This document shows, piece after piece, positions 1 through 10,794 of a stretch of 64,000 bases of DNA. The position numbers and the translations under genes were made by a program. Below the pieces are notes generated by a model. It was given only the letters and a program-made list of their open reading frames with translations. It did not search any database and was not told the DNA's origin. The stretch covers positions 373,212 to 437,211 of the forward strand of contig JBNGIO010006370.1 of the NCBI GenBank assembly GCA_049999805.1, written 5' to 3'. This stretch comes from Folioceros fuciformis (taxonomy: Eukaryota). Positions within the stretch are counted from its first letter, which is position 1. The number at the start of each line of letters is the position of its first letter.

Positions 1-364
1 TGATAGGAAGACTAAGACTAATTTGCTAAGCCTAATGACTACCAATAGCACCTTAAAATGAGGAAAAAACAGCCTACTTACAAAAAAAAACAATGTGTTT
101 CCATTTCGATAAAGTCTTCAGGTTTCCATGGCATCTACCGCTCATGGTGGTAGGGGTGACGTTGGGACGTCTGCATTCCTTGGCGGGATCCCTTTCGAGT
201 CATGGCCTTAGTTCAGCCACAGCACGAGACTTTAATTCAGACTTTAATCCCATGGAGAAGTTTAATGTGACATAACTAAATGAATTTAAAGAGATGGAGG
301 ATGCTGGGCGGGTCACACTGCCATGGACCGTTGTTAGTCAACCTTCCGACAGCGCTCCCGGACG

Positions 365-3055
365 ATGGGCACAGTGTGGCAATCAGCACCGTTGTGGACC
401 CAACAGATTGGTGCGTGTACTGGGCTGCTACCAGCAGCTCCCGCTCACATCACTTCGGGGAGTGAACTGCTGGCAGAAAAAGCCTCCAGGTGGAGCACTG
501 GAAGGAGCCAAGCTCTTCCAGTTTCGAAAAAATGTGTGAGCGGGAACGGATTTTCCAGCGATGGGTTGCGCCGACAGCAGGAGCACTTGTGGCATCAGTT
601 TTTTCTAGACCCTGCCATGTGGGTGGACAACAGACGACACAAGCAGAGCTCCCGTTCGCCTGATTTCCGACGTAAGAGGTCGGGCGAGGTGCTGTGGCTG
701 AACAACATGTTTAAGCCTGCTTGGGTTGATGAGCAGCTGGTTTCCTTGGACATGCAGGTGGTAGGTGGGGCAGCCGCTCTGTCGAAGTTGAGCTTGGATG
801 GGTCTGGCACGAATGTTGGATCGGAAATGGGCGTCGTAACGCCTGGAGTTGTGAGCATGTTGTGTCGGCAGGGGAAGCTGGATGAGGCTGTTGGAGCCCT
901 GGATTCCCTGGCGCAGTCGAGCTCTGCTGTTTCTGAGTCTCTGTTGTACAGTGTGCTGAAGCTGTGTATGGTGAAGAAGGACTTGGTTGTAGGGCGACGA
1001 GTTCATGATCTCGCTGCAGAACTTGGGTACGAGTCGAGTCCGTTTTTGGGGAACCATATCTTGCGCATGTATGCTTGTGGCGGGAGTCTGCAGGAGGCGA
1101 TGGAGGTGTTCACCAGGGTGGGGAAACCGAATGTGTTTATGTGGTTCTCCATAATATCTGCTCATGCGAAGCACGGGAGACCGAAGGAGGCCATACAACT
1201 GTACCATGCGATGCGTAGGTCAGGTGTGAAGGCGAATGCTCACGTCTTTGTGGCTACCCTTCAGGCTTGTGCATTTGCTGCCGATTTGGAGTCTGGCAGA
1301 GAAGTGCACTGTGATGTGTTGCACAGTGGCGTTCCTCCTGACTTGTTTGTTGGCAACTGCCTGGTGGACATGTATGCGAAGTGTGGCGAATTGAAAGATG
1401 CACGCCAGGTGTTTGATAGCATGGTCGTTAAGGATGTGGTGACATGGAATTCCCTGATATCTGGGTATGCGAAATGTGGTGAACTGAACAAGGCACGCCG
1501 TGTCTTCGACAGCATGAGGGCAAAGGATGTGGTGACATGGAATTCCCTGATAGGTGGATACGCCCAGCAGGGTCTCGGACATGAGGCACTTGTCCTGTAT
1601 GGACAAATGGAGCAGGAGGGGCTGGTTTTGGCTGACAATGTTACTTTTGCTTGCCTTCTGAAGGCCTGTGCAAGCACTGGTGCCTTACAGAAGGGCAGGC
1701 AGCTGCACTCGCAGATTGTTGAAAGAGGGCCGCTGAATGACATAGTGCTGGGCAACTGCCTGGTGGATCTGTATGCCAAATGTGGTGAACTGGATGCTGC
1801 ACGCCAGGTTTTTGTCAGCCTCTCGTGTAAGGATGTGGTGACATGGACATCGCTGATCTCTGGGTATGCAAAGGGAGGACTGGGCCAAGAGGCACTTGAT
1901 TTGTATGGACAAATGGAGGAAGCGGGCCTGATTTTAGCTGATGATGTTACTCTTGCTTGCCTTCTGAACGCCTGTGGAAGCACCGGTGCCTTACAAATGG
2001 GCAGGCACCTGCACTTGCAGATAGTCGAAAGGGGACTGCTGGACAACACAGTGCTCTGTACCTGCTTGTTGGACATGTATGCAAAATGTGGTGAACTGGA
2101 AGACGCACGGCAGGTTTTTGACATCATGGCCACAAAGGATGTGGTGACATGGACCGCCCTCATATCTGGGTATGGTACTTGTGATGATGGTCAGAAGGCA
2201 CTAGCTTGCTTTGAGGAGATGATAGCGTCTGGTATTCAGCCGAATGATGCTACGTTCACTTGCCTTTTAGTAGCATGCAGTCATGCGGGACTGGTCCATG
2301 AGGGCCGCAAGCACTTCGATTCCATGGCTCAACAACATGGCATCCAACGTACTTGTGAGCATTACAATTGCATGGTTGACCTTCTTGGGCGTGCAGGCCA
2401 ATTAGATGAGGCAGAGCAGATGCTGTTGTCATATGAGGGCCGAAGTAATGTTGTGGGCTTGAGGTCTTTGTTGAGTGCCTGTAAAAGTCATGGGGACATA
2501 GAGAGGGCAGTGTGGTGTTTTGAAAACATTGTCCAGCTGGAGCCCCGGGAGGCAACCGCTTATGTGCTCATGGCCAATGCCTACGCGGATGCAGGTAGGT
2601 GGACCGATGTGGACAGAATTGAAACACAGAGAAAGTTAGCAGGAGCTATCAAGAAACCGGCAGTTACGACCATTGAGGTGAATAAGCAGGTACATAGATT
2701 TCTGGTGGGAGGAAGGGGAGAGGATATTTCTTTTAAGGTCGAGAGGACGACTGCACGTCTGGAGCTGGAAGGAGGTCACGTTCCTCATACCAAGTTGGTG
2801 TTGAAGCCACTGGGTGAGAAGCAAAAGGAAGATGCACTTTGCGGGCATGCTGAGAAGCTAGCTCTGGCGTTTGGTCTGTTGAACACTCCGAGTGGGACAC
2901 CTCTGGTGGTAACAAAGAACCTACGGATGTGCAGCGACTGCCACAGCTCTACGGAGATAATGTCAAAGCTTGAGCAGCGAGACATTGTTGTAAGGGATGG
3001 TTACCGTGTGCATCGATTCACAGATGGCTGTTGCACTTGTAAGGGTCGGCCGTGA
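365..3055 (+). CDS. PLS-class PPR protein with N-terminal OSB-like PDF motif and C-terminal DYW:KP (GRP-ending) domain; candidate U-to-C RNA editing factor
   Basis: Intronless 896-aa ORF. PLS repeats (YAKCG..ARQVF..KDVVTW), E1/E2, KKPAVTTIEV with no PG box, GHAEKLALAFGL, KNLRMCSDCH, terminal CTCKGRP*. Confidence 0.95.
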   Translation: MGTVWQSAPLWTQQIGACTGLLPAAPAHITSGSELLAEKASRWSTGRSQALPVSKKCVSGNGFSSDGLRRQQEHLWHQFFLDPAMWVDNRRHKQSSRSPDFRRKRSGEVLWLNNMFKPAWVDEQLVSLDMQVVGGAAALSKLSLDGSGTNVGSEMGVVTPGVVSMLCRQGKLDEAVGALDSLAQSSSAVSESLLYSVLKLCMVKKDLVVGRRVHDLAAELGYESSPFLGNHILRMYACGGSLQEAMEVFTRVGKPNVFMWFSIISAHAKHGRPKEAIQLYHAMRRSGVKANAHVFVATLQACAFAADLESGREVHCDVLHSGVPPDLFVGNCLVDMYAKCGELKDARQVFDSMVVKDVVTWNSLISGYAKCGELNKARRVFDSMRAKDVVTWNSLIGGYAQQGLGHEALVLYGQMEQEGLVLADNVTFACLLKACASTGALQKGRQLHSQIVERGPLNDIVLGNCLVDLYAKCGELDAARQVFVSLSCKDVVTWTSLISGYAKGGLGQEALDLYGQMEEAGLILADDVTLACLLNACGSTGALQMGRHLHLQIVERGLLDNTVLCTCLLDMYAKCGELEDARQVFDIMATKDVVTWTALISGYGTCDDGQKALACFEEMIASGIQPNDATFTCLLVACSHAGLVHEGRKHFDSMAQQHGIQRTCEHYNCMVDLLGRAGQLDEAEQMLLSYEGRSNVVGLRSLLSACKSHGDIERAVWCFENIVQLEPREATAYVLMANAYADAGRWTDVDRIETQRKLAGAIKKPAVTTIEVNKQVHRFLVGGRGEDISFKVERTTARLELEGGHVPHTKLVLKPLGEKQKEDALCGHAEKLALAFGLLNTPSGTPLVVTKNLRMCSDCHSSTEIMSKLEQRDIVVRDGYRVHRFTDGCCTCKGRP

Positions 3056-3931
3056 GGATTATGAAGAACTGGGCTTGCTACTGTCAGGTGAAAGCAAACA
3101 GGCTGAAAAGAGTACGAGTCTTCGAGTTCTGACCAACCAGATGAGTGTGATGTGACCAGACAGGTAATAAGAGTTGTTTACGATCACGAGACTTGTCTTT
3201 CCCTGGAGACCTGATTTGCGCTCATCTCAGAGTGATATCTGTTTTGTCCTACAGGATGCTTCCTCGAAACAGGCTGTTTTGCTCCACGGGAAGCCGCAGG
3301 AGATCACTTTGTACGGATGGAGACCCTCGTATTCCCAACCAAATTCATGTTCCGGCTTTCCAACCTGCCACATTTTGCTTCTTCACCGTGTTTGCAGTTA
3401 AGCAGCTTCACATCTCCCCAGAGAGAGAAAACTGGTAAGTTTTGTTCTTCCTGTAGTTTCACATACATACCTGAGTCTCTTCCGTTTACACTAGCCTGAC
3501 AATGGTGCTGCCGTGTTTTACAGCAGAAAACTGGGCGCGGACGAAGATGTATGGACTGTGGGCGAGGGCGATATACAAATACAATAGTCGTCCTGTGCCT
3601 TGGATTCATACCTGCCCATCGTACTTGAACCTTTGCTCTGAACTCAGGTGTTGAGGGTCAGCTTCGTTTGAGCTTCCATCATAAGAAAAAACAGATTGTC
3701 TTCAATTGTATTAAAAATTCCTTTGTGTTGGAGTACGTGTACATCTTTTCGTTCTGTCCGGATCATTGATCGATGCGAGGAAGCCACCACCTGCATGACC
3801 AGCGCCTCCAGCATTTTGGGTTTTCATGCACCTCCAAACTTCTCGTACGCGCGTTTCGAATGGCCAGGCACAGGAAATGGGCAATCTCCCATAGACTGTT
3901 TGCGGACTTATCTTCTGAGAGCGGTTCCTGA

Positions 3932-6178
3932 ATGATGGCCACGGTATGGCAACCAGACCCGGTATGGACCCAACAATGTGGTGTGTGGACAGGGATTCTG
4001 CCAGGAGCTCCCGCTCATGTCGCCCCAGCACACAAAGCTTGCAGGTGCAGCAGTGTGAGGAGCCCAGCATTTCCTCTTCCGGAGAAATGTGTCGGTGTAG
4101 ACGGATTTTCCAGCGGTGGGCGTCTCCAGGCGAAGGATGAATTGTGGCAACAATTTTCTCTGGGCTCCAGCCCGCCTGGCTTCCGGCGTAAACAGTCCGG
4201 TGATGCTCTGCGGTGGAACAGCCTACTCAAGGCTGCTCGGGTTGATGACCAGCTCGTTTCTTTGGACATGCAGCTGGGTCATGGTGCTTCTCCTTCCACG
4301 TCGAGTTGTCTGGATAAGCCTGAACCTGGTACGCGTGCAGGATCGGCCAGAGGCGCTGTAACGCCTGGAACCGTGCGCAGGTTATGTCAGCAGGGGAAGC
4401 TAACTGAGGCCATTGTAGCTCTGGAATCTCTGGCGCAAACAGACTCTCCTATCTCTCAGTCTCTGTTCTACGGTGTGCTAAGGTTGTGTACAGCTAATAA
4501 GGATTTGGTTGTGGGGCGTCGAGTTCATGATCTCATTCACAAGCTTGGGTACGAATCGAATGCATACTTGGGGAACAATATCTTGCGCATGTACGCATGT
4601 GCAGGAAGGCTGAAGGAGGCGATGGATGTGTTCAACAGGGTGGACAAACCAGATTCCTTTTTGTGGTGTTCCATAATCTCTGCCCACGGTAAACATGGGA
4701 AGCCTGAAGAGGCCATACAACTGTACCATCGGATGCGTAGGTCAGGGGTGAAGGTGGACGGTCACGTCTTTGTAGCTGTACTCCAGGCTTGCGCATTGGC
4801 CGGTGACGTGGAATCTGGCAGAAAAGTGCACTGTGATGTGTTGCACAGTGGCATTCCCACCAACTTGTTTGTTGGCAATTGCCTGGTGGGCATGTATGCA
4901 AAATGTGGGGAGCTGGAAGCTGCACGCCAGGTGTTTGACAGCATGACCACCAAAGATGTGGTGACATGGACCGCCCTGATTGCTGGGTATGCACAGCAAG
5001 GGCTTGGGCATGAGGCCTTGGATGTGTATGGACAAATGCAGCATGGAGGCCTGCTCTTGGCTAGCCGTATTACTTTTGCTTGCCTTTTGAACGCCTGTGC
5101 AAGCACTGGTGCCTTGCAGAAGGGCATGCAGCTGCACTCGCAGATTGTTGAAAGGGGACTTCTGGATGATATATACTTGGGCAACTGCCTTGTGGACATG
5201 TATGCAAAGTGTGGTGAACTGGAGGAGGCTCGCCATGTGTTTGATAGGATGAACACAAAGGATGTGGTGACATGGACCACCCTGATAGCTGGGTATGGTA
5301 CTTGTGATCAAGGCCGCAAGGCTATAGCCTGTTTTGAGGAAATGTTACTAGCCGGTATTCTGCCTAACGAGGCTACGTTCACCTGCCTCTTAGCAGCATG
5401 CAGTCATGAGGGACTGGTCTACGAGGGCCGCAGTTTCTTTGACTCCATGGGTGAACAGCATGGCATCAAACCTACTATTCAGCATTACACCTGCATGATT
5501 GATCTTCTTGGGCGTGCAGGGCATCTAGATGAGGCAGAGAAGATGCTCTTGTCATGTGAGGGCCAAAGTGATGTTGTGGGCTTGATAACTTTGTTGAATG
5601 CGTGCAAAAGCCACGGGGATATAGATAGGGCCAGGTTGTGTTTTGAGCGCATTGTTAGGCTGGACCCCCAGGATGCGCCTGCATATGTTCTCATGGCTAA
5701 TGCCTACGCAGATGCAGGTAGATGGGCCGATTTGGACAGGATTGAAACGTTGAGAAGGGTGGTAGGAGCGAGCAAGAAACCTGCAGTGGCGACCATCGAG
5801 GTGAACAAGCAGGTACATAGATTTGTGGTAGGAGAAACCAGAGAGGATATGGCACTGAAGGTAGAGAGTATGAATGCACGTGTGAAGCAGGAAGGAGGCC
5901 ACGCTCCTCACACAAAGCTGGTGTTGAAACCAGTGTGTGAGACGGAAAAGGAAGATGCGCTTTGTGGGCATGCGGAGAAGCTAGCTCTGGCTTTTGGCCT
6001 CATGAACACTCCAAGTGGGACACCTTTGGTGATAACGAAGAATCTACGCATGTGCAGCGACTGCCACAGTTCCACGGAGATCATGTCCAGGCTTGAACGG
6101 AGACACATTGTTGTGAGAGATGGGTATCGTGTGCATCGATTTGAAGATGGCTGTTGCAGTTGCAAGGGTCGACTGTAG
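3932..6178 (+). CDS. PLS-class PPR protein with DYW:KP domain ending GRL; tandem paralogue of 365..3055
   Basis: 748-aa intronless ORF with the same N-terminus (MATVWQPDPVWTQQ), KKPAVATIEV, GHAEKLA, CSDCH and terminal CSCKGRL*. Confidence 0.95.
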   Translation: MMATVWQPDPVWTQQCGVWTGILPGAPAHVAPAHKACRCSSVRSPAFPLPEKCVGVDGFSSGGRLQAKDELWQQFSLGSSPPGFRRKQSGDALRWNSLLKAARVDDQLVSLDMQLGHGASPSTSSCLDKPEPGTRAGSARGAVTPGTVRRLCQQGKLTEAIVALESLAQTDSPISQSLFYGVLRLCTANKDLVVGRRVHDLIHKLGYESNAYLGNNILRMYACAGRLKEAMDVFNRVDKPDSFLWCSIISAHGKHGKPEEAIQLYHRMRRSGVKVDGHVFVAVLQACALAGDVESGRKVHCDVLHSGIPTNLFVGNCLVGMYAKCGELEAARQVFDSMTTKDVVTWTALIAGYAQQGLGHEALDVYGQMQHGGLLLASRITFACLLNACASTGALQKGMQLHSQIVERGLLDDIYLGNCLVDMYAKCGELEEARHVFDRMNTKDVVTWTTLIAGYGTCDQGRKAIACFEEMLLAGILPNEATFTCLLAACSHEGLVYEGRSFFDSMGEQHGIKPTIQHYTCMIDLLGRAGHLDEAEKMLLSCEGQSDVVGLITLLNACKSHGDIDRARLCFERIVRLDPQDAPAYVLMANAYADAGRWADLDRIETLRRVVGASKKPAVATIEVNKQVHRFVVGETREDMALKVESMNARVKQEGGHAPHTKLVLKPVCETEKEDALCGHAEKLALAFGLMNTPSGTPLVITKNLRMCSDCHSSTEIMSRLERRHIVVRDGYRVHRFEDGCCSCKGRL

Positions 6179-7445
6179 AGGTGAGAAACATGAAGAAGTA
6201 GCCTGGGCTCAAGTGTCCATGCCAGAGACTGACTGCACTCCTTCTTGGGGTGAATGTGCTAGTTCATCTACATGCCTATCCCAACTAAAACATGGATACG
6301 GATGGCTAACTCGTCTGGAGGGTTACAGAGTCGGGCGAGCAGAACTGCGAGATATGGGCAGCTGTAGGAGATCCCGGTTAGAGGAGCAGGCCTGGAATTC
6401 ATCTCAGATCCGTTGTTGACAGCAGAGGCGGGACCTGATTCAGGTCCAACGACAGAAGGAAGCGATGAGCATTTCTTCCGGCAGTGAGGGCTTCTCGCTG
6501 TGAACACGGCAGCCAGGCGTCCCACGTAGGACTGCTCGGTTCAGCCGTGGTGTTGGATGTGCCTCGCAGATTATCCGGAATGTGCCCCTTACCTCTCTGT
6601 ACAAGGGTATGTGCCAGTCCGACTACCTCTGGTGCTGTCCTATGGAGTATGCAGTCTCCGAAAGACAAACTGTTTGAAGTCACTCAAGGAACAAAGGGAC
6701 ACAAAGGAGGGACGTGCACAGGAGAAGCAACTCCGCGTGTCCAATCACGGGGGGGTCAGAGGGGTGAGAAGGAGGCGGTTGAAAGTGCAGCATTGCACCC
6801 TTTCTGTAAATTGCAACCTGAGCATATTTCCATTCTTGTTGGAGCTCATGCTGCTATGAGGCCTGCGAGCCGCAGGGCTTGTTCCAGCAGCTGGTTTGGT
6901 TGCTGGTAGATTTCAGCCTCAGGAGCTGGCAACCTTTTCACTTTGCAAACCATGTGTCTTCACAGGGATCATGAACTGATAGTTGGCAGCTTTGGAGCAG
7001 ACAAGGTATAACTGTAACTATTTCCTAGGCGCTTGTTTTTATGGGCGTTGTGCGAAGGAGAGTTCTAACTAGCATCATCTTGTTTGCTCTGCTGGGTGTA
7101 GGTTGGTGTATTCGTATTCGTGGATGCCCCTCAATGTGCAACAATCACAAACCAGACCCAGATAGCATCGAGGACGCGTGCAGGGACGAGAATTCCGTCA
7201 TTTAGGATCATAGATCTTGTTTTTATATTGGCATCAAAAACTTCGTTAACTGTACCCTGAAGTCTAATGAACAAACATGTTCCTACCTGTGAAACTTTCT
7301 GTCCGGGAAACCATGCTCTTTTCTTCTCTTGGTACCCAACGACGAACCATCGGCACGGATGCTTTTTGGTGGTATGGTCACATACTGGAACTGGGCATCG
7401 TGTCATAGCAGTCGCTCATTTGCCATCAGCCATCTCTAATGAGCG

Positions 7446-8577
7446 ATGGCCACGGCGTGGAAACCGGAGCCTTTGTGTCGGACCCAACAAATTCTCAAGG
7501 CCTGTGCAAGCAGTGGTGCCTCGCAGAAGGGCAGATGCAGCTGCACTCACAGATTGTGAAAAGAGGACTGCTGGACAATTTACTTGTGGGCAACTGCCTG
7601 GAGGTCGTGCATGCAAAATATGGTGAACAGGAAGACGCGCACCAGGTTTTTGACAGCTTGCCCAACAAAGATGTGGTGTCATGGACCGCCCTGATTGCTG
7701 GATATGCACAGCAAGGACTCGGCCAAGAGGCCCCTGTTGTCTATGGACAAATGGAGGAGGTAGGCATGATTTTGGCTGACAATGTTATTTTTGCTTGCCT
7801 TCTGAAAGCATGTGCAAGCAGTGGAGCCTTACAGAAGGGCAGGCAGCTGCACTTGCAAATTGCCGAAAGGAGACTGCCCTGTGGACATGTATGGTGAACT
7901 GGAAGAGGCCCGCCAGGTGTTTGACAGGAGGAACACAAAGGATGTGGTGACATGGACCAACCTGATAGCTGGGCATGGTGCTTGCGACGAAGGTGAGAAG
8001 GCACTAGCTTGTTTTGAGGAGATGTTAGTTGCCGGTATTCAGCCTAACGAGGCTACCTTTGCTTTCCTTTTTGTAGTCTGCAGTCATGACGGTGCTCATG
8101 TGCTCATGGCCAACGCCTGTGCAGATGCAGGTAGATGGACCGATGTAGACAGGATTGAAACACAGAGAAGGGCAGCCGGGGCTTACAAGAAACCTGCAGT
8201 GACCACAATCGAGGTGAACAAGCAGGTGCGTAGGTTTCTGGTGGGAGACGTAGGGAGGGAGGATCTTTCTCTCGAGGTAGAGCACGAAAGCACAGCTGAA
8301 GCGGGAAGGAGGCCACGTAGCTAACGCCAAGTTGGTGTTGAAGCCAGCGTGCGAGAAGGGGAAGGAAGAAGCTCTTTGCGGACATGCTGAGACGCTAGCT
8401 CTGGCATTTGGCCTGTTGATCCCTCTGGTGGTAACAAAGAATCTACGCATGTGCAGTGACTGCCACAGTTTCACAGAGATCATGTCAAGGCCTGAACACC
8501 GAGACGTCCTTGTGAGGGATGCCTACCATGTACATCGATTTGCAGCTGGATCCTGGAGCTGTGACGGTCGACCCTGA
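7446..8577 (+). pseudogene. PPR-DYW:KP pseudogene
   Basis: ATG at 7446 (MATAWKPEPLCRTQQ) joined directly to LKACASSGA. Several deletions and frameshifts across ORF pieces 7439..7897, 7812..8324 and 8332..8577. Retains GHAETLA, CSDCH and CDGRP*. Confidence 0.9.
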
Positions 8578-9132
8578 AGGTTTACCGTAAACCCTGAACT
8601 GACAAAAAACACGACTTGCTAATATGGAGAAACTTCTTGCTGGTCCCTTCACCTCAGATCCGCCTCATCTTACATGTGCAAGTTCATTCCCTTCGGCCAC
8701 TCCAAACAAAATAGGAATTTCGAATATGGAAACCAAAACAGATGGTAGGCACAACTTACCACATCTTCGTCGCGTCCAGACCACCACTAACAAACTGTGT
8801 TGGACACGGCACAGGACCTAATGCTAAATACAGCAAACTATGAAAGGTATGATATGAGAACAAACTGGAGACGAGAGGTCAAATAAAATACCCCACAAGA
8901 TCTATTAAGCAACTGCTAAACATAAAACCTCAAACCAAGGCAAAGAATCCTCATACTAGAATCGGAGGTGCCTTGAGATTGTGGTATTGTGACCTGGGAT
9001 TGTGGTATTTAAGGGGCAGAGGTCCCAACACTTTTCTCCATGTGTTCTTTTGATTGAACAGGTTTGAACGTTCTTCTCAACTATTCAGTAGCTTTGAGCG
9101 CTCTTCTCAACTCTTTAGGACCGTAATTCAAG

Positions 9133-10581
9133 ATGCCTCGAATTTATTTTGTACTGCGCAAGTCTCTATTGATAGCAGGGATATTGTTTCTTGCTATACT
9201 TTTGTGTAGTAGTTGTTTAGCATTTGAGACTAAGCATACAATACAAAAGTATGTGTATCCACGCCGTCCACTCAAGACAAGGATGCTAGTAGGAAAAGTA
9301 GCAGCATCACCAACCACTAAAGTATCAGTGGGCTCAGACTCTGATTCAGACTATAGTAGTATACAAGATGCAATTGATTGTGTGCCTGAGGATAACCCTA
9401 CTAGAGTTATCATCAATATTGCTGCCGGAACTTATAAGTGAGTCTTAATTTTCATGGGCCTTGTGATACATAGTTTTTTTGTTATGGGTCTTGTGATATA
9501 TATATTTTTTGTTATGATATTATTCTTTAATATATTTTTCTTTGCAGGGAAAAAATAGATATCCCATCCAACAAGCCCAGGATTACACTGAAAGGAGCTG
9601 GAAAAAGGAAAACTACGATCGTATGGCATGACAATGCAAATTCAACTGGTAGCACTTATACCAGTGCAACAGTCTCTGTCCACGCAGATTATTTTGAGGC
9701 ACATCATATTCGTTTTAAGGTTTGCTCATCTTTTTTCGCTTGTGACAATTTGTATCAATATGTTTTGAGTTAAAATTTTATAACTTTTGAAATTTCACAG
9801 AATTCGGCGAAGAAGGCAAAACCAGGGCAAGAAGGAGCACAAGCAGTTGCCCTTATGATCGAAGGCGACAAAGCTAAGTTTGATTCATGTATATTCGAAT
9901 CATCCCAAGACACGCTTTATGATAAATCAGGCAGACACTTATTCAAGAACAGTAAGATTATTGGCAACATCGACATGATTTGTGGCAATGGGCAATCCCT
10001 ATACAAGGTAAAGATTGTTGTAAAGATTGGAAAATATGCAAAAGAAAAATGATATTGTTTTTATCAGCATATTAATTGGTACTAAGATGTTTTTGCCTGA
10101 GTAGCATTGTGAGCTTCATTCTATTGCGAACAAGCATGGTGGATCCTTCACGGCACAACAAAGAGAGAATGTAAGTGAGGCAAGCGGATTTTCTTTTGTA
10201 CATTGCAACATCACAGGAAAAGGTTCCAACAACTTGGGAAGAGCTTGGGGATCAGCTTCAAGAGTGGTATTTTCATACACTCATATTGCGGACATAATCA
10301 ATCAAGAGCAACCATGGACCGATTGGAATGATTCGAGCAGGGATGAGTAAGTTCAATTTGATTTTTATTTAAACCATTTTATATTAATTATGTTAAAAAA
10401 AATTAAGTGGGTCTATACTAATTATGTGGGCTGTTGTAGAACTATATTTTATGGCATGTATCAATGCTCTGGTCCAGGTGCTAATAGCACCAATTTTCCA
10501 AGTTATGTGCATGAATTAACAAAGGAAGAAGCACGACCATTTATGTCTCTCGATTTCATCGAAGGTGACAGCTGGGATTAA
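9133..10581 (+). CDS. Pectin methylesterase without PRO/PMEI domain, secreted; exons approx 9133-9437, 9548-9719, 9801-10007, 10105-10346, 10440-10581
   Basis: Signal peptide; motifs SIQDAID, GTYKEKI, QAVAL, QDTLYD, IDMICG, LGRAW, YQCSGPGA; GT-AG introns that keep the frame. Confidence 0.92.
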
Positions 10582-10794
10582 CTTTGCCCACAACGACTCT
10601 TGTTATGAGAATTTTGCATTAGGGGTTAGTCATAATTTAGCACTAGGGACTATCTAGCTTTAGTTCATAGTGCAGCCCTTAAGTTTTGAAAAGCTACCTC
10701 ACTTTCTTTTTTAATGTTTTTTTGAACGAGTCCAATTACGGACGACTAAAATAAAATGCTTAATCTGAAGCCATATTTTGAGGTCAGAAGGAAA

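Noticed and set aside
595-2985. Long antisense ORFs over the PPR genes (for example 1261..2163, also 23331..24092)
   Set aside because: Shadow ORFs of repetitive, codon-biased PPR coding sequence with no independent motifs.
6180-7100. ORFs 6484..6909 and 6557..6859 between the PPR paralogues
   Set aside because: No recognisable domain or coherent exon structure; may be UTR or a gene fragment but cannot be supported.
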